Shown here: positions 1-8,908 of the stretch, in pieces | Layout: every line of letters begins with the position of its first letter | Position numbering within the stretch: position 1 is the stretch's first letter | From: Hydrurus foetidus | Taxonomy: Eukaryota | DNA length: 36,896 nt | NCBI GenBank assembly: GCA_900617105.1 | Contig: UYFQ01000755.1 | Span: 1 to 36,896, forward strand | Reading direction: 5' to 3' | Notes under the pieces: model-generated | Told to the model about the DNA's origin: nothing | Seen by the model: only the letters and a program-made list of their open reading frames with translations | Databases searched by the model: none | Program-made: the position numbers and the translations under genes

Positions 1-27
1 TCAGTAAGAATCTGACATAATTACGTT

Positions 28-200
28 TTCAACCCTCGTACAACAGAACTCTACTGTTTTGTACAACCCACCTTATCTTTCTACATCGATCCCCAAGTCT
101 CTACAATTTTCTTTTGTAAAACTTTTTTTTATGTTCACTTTTATTTTATTTTCTTACGCTTTTGATTTTATGTAAATTTTTGTATATTTTCTTTTTCGAA
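28..200 (+). pseudogene. Probable degenerate 3' end of a Penelope-like retroelement ORF plus T-rich 3' region
   Basis: Frame 1 at 28-111 reads FNPRTTELYCFVQPTLSFYIDPQVSTIF, which aligns by eye with the C-terminus of the PLE RT at 34378-34490 (TPRTIQLNLSPLVRYTQSLHADPDFTSIF). Both are followed by similar T-rich sequence. In-frame TGA at 13-15. Confidence 0.4.
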
Positions 201-303
201 TAAGTTATAAAATAAGTTTTGCACAGAAACGGGGGTTTCGATTTAGTTTAGATTTAGCTTAGATTTTTTTCGAAAGAAAGAAAGATAAGTGGGGGTAATG
301 TGA

Positions 304-367
304 TAGTACCGGGTCCAGGGTCCCGATCCTACCGGGTACCGACTCTACCTTATCCTACCGGGTACTA
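304..367. repeat. Short direct-repeat cluster (ATCCTACCGGGTAC x2 plus a partial TACCGGGT)
   Basis: 14-mer at 326-339 and 352-365; TACCGGGT at 307-314; the ends (TAGTACC/GGTACTA) are inverted. Confidence 0.6.
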
Positions 368-1506
368 CTGCTGTACACTACAGTTAGGCTGTCGTATCGT
401 CGTAGCCATCTGCAGCGTCCACTTAGAAGTTAACTAGCTTCTAGCCTAGACTCCTGTAACTAAGCCTACTTTCTCTCGCCCCCTTTCTCCATTTGCCCGC
501 CACAGTGGACAGAGGAATGTGGGATGGACCGGTCGCTTGGAATTCCAGTCCAGAGAACCTATCCTACCCTCCGCAAGCTCCGGTTATCCTCTAAAACACT
601 CATCAAAAACGTAGACCGATGTGTAATAGATGAATTAACACTCTTTTAGATGGTAGCGGCGACAGTTATATGCCCCCCACTGGCATCGTGCATCATGCTC
701 AATATGGAATAGAGTGGTTTACCTTCATAAGCACACCTGATTTCAAAAAATTCTAGGACCCGGAGTTTTTATCACACTCTAATTCTGAGTACGTTTTTGA
801 ACTCGTCTGTGTCTGAAGAAAAATGTAGGCTATTTTTTTATTTTTTCTGATGACTGGAAAGGCTTCAAACCAGGGGGGTCTAAATGTTGGGTGCTACCCC
901 TGTGCTTAAATAGAATTAATTAGCTGAAATACACGGAAATGGGTCGAAATCCGTATTCAAATAACCGTTTACGAATTTCCTTATACGGTACTTTAACGGG
1001 ATCCGACTAAATTTTCCGACTTTACCGGAAACGGTTAGATACGGCCACACCTTGGTGCACTGTAAGCTGCTGAACATGAGGCATGGGGCATTGACAAGGA
1101 TCAAAATTGTTCATCAACTATTGAGTAAAAAGTTCTTATTGTTATTGCTGTGAGGAACCATCCGAATCTGACATCAAATTTTAAAAGTGTTCTATGATAA
1201 TGCATCTAGCGATGATATATTTATGATTGATTCATCATGGTATCATCATTCTCTCTTTAAGTAATAAGTAATATCTTAACATGTTCATCAATATTGCTAA
1301 AACGCTCTCGCCGCTTCATTCCGAACTGTCATTAATGACTTATATAGGCCCTATGAACCCTATATACACGATAACATAAGGCGTATACGGAATACAGATA
1401 TTTCAAGTACGGAATACAGATTTTAATACTTAAATCCGTATTCCCAGGAAATTTAGTGTGCTCTTAATTGAAATTTAAGAAACAATAGGTATTTTTTTCA
1501 GATTAG

Positions 1507-2572
1507 TATGGCGTGCGGAAGCGAACCGCTATTTCTCCGCCGGAAATGTTTGAATTTCCAGCGGAATATTTTTTGAATTTCGATTTTCCCTGCCGGCGAC
1601 TATATTTTCAAACAGGATTCTCTGTACTCCAGCCGTTAGAGCAATCTGCAGTAAACCAACACCTGCAGAGTTCAGAATACTTCCTCCGATACTGGTCCTT
1701 TGCACAACTGCCATCAGCCACAGAGGCTGTTTGTGACGCGTTCTCGCGGAGCTAGTCATGGGAACGGAGGTAAACTTTTGCTGACTCCAAGGGGCTGCAA
1801 CGTCTGCTGTTCCATTCCCATCTCATGTCCGACTTGTGCTCCAATACTTCACAATGATTTTAATAACTCGTGCCTGAACTTCTTATCTATAGCGACAATT
1901 CCAAAATCATCCGAGGGATAAGAGCGAGGAGGAAGAAGTTCAAGAACGTCGCAGTTTCTGAAGGTGTTTTTATCATCTGCATCTAACATTTTAAGATTCT
2001 TCTTCTTGCCGAGGGACGCTTAGATCCACCTGAGTGATTGATGATCGATGGTCCAGAGTGGGCGTATGGGAGAAATATCCCACGTCTCTGCAGCTCGATG
2101 GTGTCCTTGGTGGCAACAGGTGTCGCTGGCAGTGGTAAATTTTTCGCATCGGAAAGAAAACGTGTAACAACTCCGTCCGTAACACTGATCATTTCATGCT
2201 GGGAAATGTCGTGGGTGCAGAAACATGTGTATGGTTCAGATGCAACAGGGCATCTGAATATGCGACATTTGCATTCGTCCGAGAATGCGCAGCAACCATT
2301 GATAGTTTTTTTTGGTGACGCAACTGTTTCTTCCATTCTCAAGCCACGAATGATGCAATCTATAGCCTCTTGGCGTATCGTTGCAATGAACGAACGCAAT
2401 CACGCGTAGGCATACAGAAACTTTTTGAAACTGAAAATTGAATTCAACGGCTCTGCGACAGAGAATTGGGTAAAAAAGTTTCAAGTTCAACAATAAATTT
2501 GTTCAGTACAGGAAAATGAAAATAAAACAATCCCCATGAGGAAAAATTAGCGGTTCGCTTTCGCACGCCATA
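1507..2572. mobile_element. Non-autonomous TIR DNA transposon, superfamily unassigned
   Basis: 25-bp TIRs: TATGGCGTGCGGAAGCGAACCGCTA (1507-1531) and its reverse complement at 2548-2572, 1 mismatch. ATTAG directly repeated at 1502-1506 and 2573-2577. No transposase motif inside. Confidence 0.85.
1983..2336 (-). pseudogene. Truncated/decayed ORF with Cys/His cluster (possible zinc-binding domain) inside the TIR element
   Basis: From ATG 2336: MEETVASPKKTINGCCAFSDECKCRIFRCPVASEPYTCFCTHDISQH; downstream frames are broken by stops. Confidence 0.4.
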
Positions 2573-2866
2573 ATTAGTGCCTATGAGGACGAATATTGTG
2601 TGAGGCCAGACCTTATGACGCACGCAAATTAATTTTTACGTTTTCCTTTTTTTGCATCAATTTTTTTTTATGTGGCGATAAATCGGTTGTGCCCTTATGA
2701 CGCTGACAGTTTTTTTATATATTTTTCTGTAGGCGACACCAGCGACATCCCCTTATGACGCTTACAGAAATCATTTTTTGTTTCCTTTAGATCATAGAAC
2801 TACCAGATCTTTGCGACAACCTCATATTATTTCATCTATCAAAGTAAGGAATCGATAAATTTGAAG

Positions 2867-4282
2867 ATGTCTTCCGACGATGAGAGCATTGACTTGATCA
2901 AACTTATCAGGGAATCGAATGAGTTTTATGAGAGGAGGAAAAAATTGCGCAAAGTTATTGAAGAAGAGGAGGAAGTGAGATTAAGGCAACCATCTTTCTA
3001 TAGGCATCGTAGATGGGAAGGCCGTCCACCTTACGATATGTCTTGCTGGGGTCGTATGTTGGTCAATCCTAGAACGCAAGATCCTACAGATCGTAAGGGC
3101 GGTGTGTTATTTCGCAGGCGATTTCGGGTACCCTTCCCACTATTCCAAAGATTAACTGAGATGACAAGAGCTAATGAATGGTTTAGCGAGGGAAATGACT
3201 GTGCTGGCGTTAAGGCTGCTCCTTTGGAGTTAAAAGTTCTTGGATTATTACGGGTTCTTGGTCGAGGTTACTGTTTCGATGGTATTGAGGAGCTTTCCTA
3301 CATAAGTTCGGAGGTTAATCGCGTCTTCTTTCATAAGTGGTGTGAGTTGTTTTCCAGAAAGTACTTTGCTATTTACTGCAATCCTCCTGAATCAAAAGAA
3401 GAGATACAGAAGACTCTAGACGTTTACACCAAGTTAGGGTTACCTGGTTGTATAGGTAGCACTGACTGTGTGCATATAAAATGGGAGCGTTGTTCGGCTG
3501 GGGATCGTGTACTTCACAAAGGGAAAGAAGGTTTTCCAACTATCTCCTATGAAGTAACTGTCGATCACACTTCAAAGATTATAGCCGTGACGCATGGATT
3601 CCCTGGGACAAGGAGTGATAGGACTATTGTACGGTTTGATGGGTTCGTCACGGACATTCATAATGGAACCAAATATAATGAAGTTACTTACCCAATGTGT
3701 GATATTAAAGGAGTAGCGTATGAAGAGAAGGGTGCATGGTTGTTATGCGATAATGGATATCATAAGTGGAGATGTATGCAATGTCCTCTGAAACATTCAG
3801 CAATCCCTAGAGAAGCACTGTGGAGTGAGTGGGCAGAAACAGTCAGAAAAGATGTTGAGTGCGCTTTTGGTATACTCAAAGGTAGATTTCGTTGTTTAAA
3901 ATTACCTATATATTATCACAATAAAGATCACATTGATAATATGTTTTATTCTTGCTGTATAATGCATAACATGTTATTGCATTATGACGGATTAGATGTT
4001 AGATGGGAACAGAATGTTAATTATCTCAGCAATGATGGGCATCACTCTCATGAAGATATGATTATCATTAGGAAACATCTTAGTAGAGTTCGTAATTTAA
4101 CTCCTATAACCGACTTCACACTTATTGGAACTGCAGCTGTATTGGATCGTTTTAGAGTTGTACATGGTGATAATGATGTTGAATTTGAATCATCCTATCT
4201 TAACTTACAAAAAAAATTAGTAGATCATTTTGCTTGGAAACATTCTATAAATGAAGTAAAGTGGCTTAAAAAGAAGTCATAG
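2867..4282 (+). CDS. PIF/Harbinger DDE transposase (Plant_tran/DDE_Tnp_4-like), intact
   Basis: Uninterrupted ~471-aa ORF with motifs FRRRFR, PGCIGSTDCVHIKW, GKEGFPT, LCDNGY, RKDVECAFGILKGRF and CCIMHNM. First ATG is at 2867 (the track starts at TTG 2861). Confidence 0.93.
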   Translation: MSSDDESIDLIKLIRESNEFYERRKKLRKVIEEEEEVRLRQPSFYRHRRWEGRPPYDMSCWGRMLVNPRTQDPTDRKGGVLFRRRFRVPFPLFQRLTEMTRANEWFSEGNDCAGVKAAPLELKVLGLLRVLGRGYCFDGIEELSYISSEVNRVFFHKWCELFSRKYFAIYCNPPESKEEIQKTLDVYTKLGLPGCIGSTDCVHIKWERCSAGDRVLHKGKEGFPTISYEVTVDHTSKIIAVTHGFPGTRSDRTIVRFDGFVTDIHNGTKYNEVTYPMCDIKGVAYEEKGAWLLCDNGYHKWRCMQCPLKHSAIPREALWSEWAETVRKDVECAFGILKGRFRCLKLPIYYHNKDHIDNMFYSCCIMHNMLLHYDGLDVRWEQNVNYLSNDGHHSHEDMIIIRKHLSRVRNLTPITDFTLIGTAAVLDRFRVVHGDNDVEFESSYLNLQKKLVDHFAWKHSINEVKWLKKKS

Positions 4283-4482
4283 CGTAGACAACAAACATAA
4301 CTGTAATACTAAATTTTTTTTTCCAAATTTATTTCTTTATCATTAATTTTCATCATTGAGTTTTAATTTTTACCAGCGTTTTCCCTGTAAATATAACTTA
4401 TTAAAACATAATAAATACATCAACGGACTTTTGAAAAAGAATGATATGTCAAAATGAAAAAAATTTAAGATATGGTAGGGGA

Positions 4483-6520
4483 TTAGCGGGTGCGGGGGAG
4501 CTTCTTTCTCGCATTGGTATCCCAGGAATATGCGTCCTCTTCTTCAGTCTTTTCCTCAAGAACTTTCTTCGCCGCTGTCTTTTGCTTCCTTGGTTTCTTT
4601 AAAATCGGATTCACTTCTTTCTCTAATGGGATGGTGAGTTGGGACGACCGGGTTATACTCTTGGATAAAGTTTTCTTTGGCGTTTCGACGTCTGCTTCCT
4701 TTGACTTACCGCTGATGAATTTACGGGAAATTGGTACATGGGTTGGTGTATTGTTCAAGATCGATGAGAGAATAATATTCTCCTCAGCGGTAAATTGGGT
4801 ATCTGGACATGAGAAGGATTGACTGCTTCTTTTGGAACCCCCTGAATTTCGGCTTGATATAGATGTGTCCAGGCCTTTGTTTTCAATGATGACTTCTCCC
4901 TCCCCTTCAGAATCCGATGAATCAAAAACTGATCGTTGAGTCTCTTCTTCCATTGCGTCTTCAGTAATATCGGGTATATTCTCGTATGGGTCGGTATGAT
5001 CGTACGTATCCTCCTCATTATCGTCGTCCTCATCTACCGCTTCTTCTCGTGAAACAAGAGGTACGGAGTCATCCTCACGTTGATCCTCCTCTTCCTCTAC
5101 ATCCTCTACGTCTATTTCCTCATAGAATAATTCCTCGTCATCTGAATTTGTTTTAGCGCATTGAGCTTCATGATCTGATAAGTCTTCATTCCATTTCTCA
5201 GTAACTCCCGGTAATCGAGCCTTAACATTCGGTAGAGATTTCTTAACTTCAGTTTTCTTCTTGTGCACAATCTTAGTGATAGTTTACTGCTGCTCATCAT
5301 CAGTGGAGGTGTCGCACAGGTCATACATAGTCAACTTGTTCTGGATGAGATCTTTAAGTTCTCTTTTCGTCCGCAGCAATTCATCCTCATCATCATACAG
5401 CTCCAGGGATAGATACAATTTGAGCTCTTCAATTCTCTGACGAATAAAGACAGTAAAGAAAACGTCAAGGCACAGAATGATCATTATTATTCAATTCAGG
5501 CACGAAAAGATCTCACCTTCTCACGGGACTTCAAAGCCATGGAGTATTGGAATCCCAAGACATTATTCTTCTGAACTCGTCTATCCTTCCGCTCTGAGAT
5601 CTTACTATCGGAGGGCAATTTTAGATCTTTATTCAATGCTTCGATATCTGCTACTCTCTTCTTCTCACGTTGGGCTCTACGCGCCTCAGTTTTGGTTGCA
5701 GGTCTCATTGTGGAGGATGATGTGATATCTGACGGAATAGTTGATTTCCTACATATTATATAGAAGATTCATATGATTAGAGAGGATCAACTTCCATGTA
5801 CTGTATCAAATCGACTTACTGAATAAAGAATGCCGTCTCGGGATTATCAGATGCTCGACCAAATGCCAAGAAGGTTTCCCATTCGCAGGGTACATATGAT
5901 GGTTTGAATGGTTTTAACTTGTAGGATGGAGGATGTTTAGAACGAGTTTTGGCCGCCAGTTGTTCTTGCTTATACAGAATTTTCTTGGTGTTGAAGAGAG
6001 TTGTTTCCTTTGTCTGGCCCGATGGAGGAAAGCCATTTGGTCCTAATAACGACACGTAGATGGGGGTAATTTGGTTGTTGATATACTTCTTGATGGCGCA
6101 AAATTTCCTCCAAAGTGATGCCCCATTGTGAATTTCCTTGTCGGTCACAGCTTCATCCAAATGTCTGGATGTTCGGAAGAAGGTGTTCTTCGCAAACCCT
6201 TGCGGCAGGTTAACTCTCTCCACATGATATTTGAATTGGATGAACATTTTAGCATGGATAGATTTAGAGTCCATTTCATGGGACGGAAGTGACAAACCAG
6301 CCCGTGCGATGAGCACATACTGCTTGGATTTGATGCTGAAGAGTTCCTCGTTGCTTATTGGCATGATTGAGGTATCTTCAAAATTGTGTCTTGAGAGCGT
6401 CACTCGACAATTTTTGTAACACAAAAAGGACCCTTTTTGTGCGGCGTTCGTAGGAATGTGTCGCTTACACTTTTTACTCCGACGGTTTTTGGCATCATAA
6501 GGCCATGACGCCGGCGACAT
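4483..6520 (-). CDS. Harbinger accessory (Myb/SANT-like, NAM-associated-type) gene, spliced, with an internal in-frame TAA
   Basis: Exon 6520 (or ATG 6364)-5820; intron 5819-5749 (GTAAGT..TAG); exon 5748-5517; intron 5516-5437 (GTGAGA..CAG); exon from 5436. Both splices keep frame. Motif GASLWRKFCAIKKYI..PPSG..LY..W resembles Harbinger ORF1 proteins. TAA at 5286-5284 is in frame with the acidic ORF 5268-4483. Confidence 0.72.
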
Positions 6521-6594
6521 TTACAAAAAAGGGATCCAAAAAATGTAAAATACGTGCGTCATAAGGTCTGGCCTGATTGCACTCCGTACACTCA

Positions 6595-6852
6595 GGGCCA
6601 TTGTTATCGAAAGCTCAAAATCCGAATATCGGATTATCCGATTATCCGATATTCGGATTATTTCTGCGAAATCGTATATTCGAGTAGGACCCTATTATCC
6701 GAAGCCCATATTGGAGCAGCGGATAATAGGGTCTATATTCGAGCACGAACGAATATAGACGAATATCGGTGTACATGCATATTCGGGTGCGTTTTTTCTT
6801 TGAGTGTATAATGTATATTCGGGTCGGATATTCGTTTCGATAATAATGGCCC
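6595..6852. mobile_element. Tourist-like MITE (PIF/Harbinger non-autonomous), 258 bp
   Basis: 18-bp TIRs GGGCCATT(G/A)TTATCGAAA (6595-6612; 6835-6852), 1 mismatch. TSD TCA (6592-6594; 6853-6855). Internal ATATTCG/TATCCG repeats and a 16-bp-arm inverted repeat at 6619-6659. Confidence 0.9.
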
Positions 6853-8074
6853 TCAAACCATGTACAAAGAATAGGGGACTAGACGGTATTCTGCTCTGGT
6901 AATAAACCACTCTACACAATACACAACGCATAACTCAATTCAACACATCATGCATCATGCATGCCTCAGACCTGATCTCATTCTCTTGTATCTCATGCCT
7001 AATGCAGCGAACATCACTTCGATCGTTCACGAGATCCTATCTTATATGAACTAAATGGTCTGAAAGCCCACTCAAAACAGCCGAACATTTCGACGGCCTC
7101 TTCTATCAGCTTTTTCTGATGTCGTCCTGGTATGCAGTACACCGGAATTCCGAACCATGGACATCGTTTGGTCGTTGGGTTCATCTTGGTCAGTTTTTGC
7201 GAAAGTATTTCTTGGAAAAATTGCGATGAGTCCTCGTATATTAAATCCACCGATCATTTGCTTTAAGGTTACCCACTGTGGTTTCTTGATGCACATCGCT
7301 CTCCTCGCAGTTATGTCGATATCCTCGACAAAGATAAGGTCTTTCCACAATTTTGGAATGATGAATGATGTGTATTTATTTTTGGTTTCCAGTCATGCCT
7401 TATTTCATATGAGAGTTCTCTCTCTAAGCTGCAGAGATTCTAGATATGATCGTATAGGAAAGCATTATCATCTCATACTCTGCTTTGCTTCTACCGCGAT
7501 TTTCTGATATCATTACGATTATTACGATGTGTGATGGGGTGGACAGCAACGCCTTCTGCAAATGTAAGCATAAAAAGTATATCAACTTGAGTCGACTGGC
7601 TGATATCAATTGGATTCGCTTAAGATTTGCTCCATTTTTCTCTATGATAGTAAAGCGTCGTCTCATTGCTTACCACTTATTATTTCAATTGCGCCCCAGC
7701 ATAGGCAGATTCGATTCCTTATTCCATTCCCCAATCACATGAAACATGTACGACACTTGCGATCACTTTGGATTTCAAATGTGAATCATTATTGGAGTTC
7801 AATGAACAATCCTTAATTGAAGATAGTCCACGAAAATTTTGACGAACACCGGTACCAAGTGTCAAGATATCTGTTCTTCAAGCACGGAGAGGAGAGGAGA
7901 TAGGCCTCCCTCACTAAGACTAAGAAAATCGATCGCCACCATGTCGTGCAAGGTGACATCAGTAACATGACATGTGTGGAACTGCTCGTGTGGGATCAAC
8001 ATCACTTCTCGATGTCGCGTCAATCTTATAGTTCATTATCGTGGAGTCTGGTTAACCCCCACCTCCTTCTCCCA

Positions 8075-8560
8075 CATGACATGATAGGACGAATGCGATG
8101 TCATGACATGCGATGTGATGTGATGTGATATAAAGTGATATGATGTAATGTAATGTGATATGATTCGATGTGATGTAATGTGATTCGATGTGATGTAATG
8201 TGATTTGATGTGATGTAATGTCATATGATGTGATATAAAGTGATATGATGTGATGTAATGTGATATGATTCGATGTGATGTGATATGATGTGATATAATG
8301 TCATATGATGTGATACAAAGTGATATGATGTGATAAAATATAATGTGATGTGATGCGATATAATGGGATGTTATGTGATGTGATTTGATTCGGTGTGATG
8401 TTGTATAATAACATGTGATATAATAACATGTGATATAATAACATGTGATATAATAACATGTGATGCCTCTGATGTGATATGATATGATGACATGTGAGAT
8501 GACGTGATGTGATTTGACGTGATGTTATGTGTTGTGATCTGATGTGATCCAATGTGGTAT
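8075..8560. repeat. Degenerate pentanucleotide microsatellite (ATGTG/TGATG)n with a 15-bp higher-order unit
   Basis: 5-bp periodicity throughout; TATAATAACATGTGA x4 at about 8404-8463. Confidence 0.93.
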
Positions 8561-8908
8561 GTTTTATATATGTTTGCCGTGTTTCATATTTTTTATATAG
8601 GCGATGATGTTTCTTTTCTCGAACACTTTTGCTGTCATTTTAGGTTCAAAGCTTATCACCATCCTTTACGTAAACAACGCTTTATGATTGAGTCACTCTT
8701 CAAATCAATTTTGAGATGATCCGCTTTTCTCTCGGCATGGATTGGAGTTCATTTGCTTGGCAGATCCAGTGTCAGTAGGTAGTGGCAGCGCTAAAATGTG
8801 AAAAGGATTTCTGTCTGTGTTAAAGTATGGATATATTGCGTCACGTACACACACAATTCTTGCACAGCACTGATTTCCAACTTTGCGATCAAAATCAAAA
8901 AAAAAAAA

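Larger units (their letters stand above)
2604..6573 (+). mobile_element. PIF/Harbinger DNA transposon, full two-gene structure
   Basis: Perfect 21-bp TIRs GGCCAGACCTTATGACGCACG (2604-2624; 6553-6573). TSD TGA (2601-2603; 6574-6576). Subterminal CCTTATGACGC copies at 2693 and 2751, and a variant at 6492-6502. Convergent transposase and accessory genes. Confidence 0.95.

Noticed and set aside
841..875. Minimal PLE-type hammerhead (CTGATGA-CTG-GAAA-GGCTTC)
   Set aside because: Stem II would need a 1-nt loop, and stem I is only three A-U pairs.
7946..8552. His/Ile/Thr-rich ORFs
   Set aside because: Translations of the pentanucleotide microsatellite.
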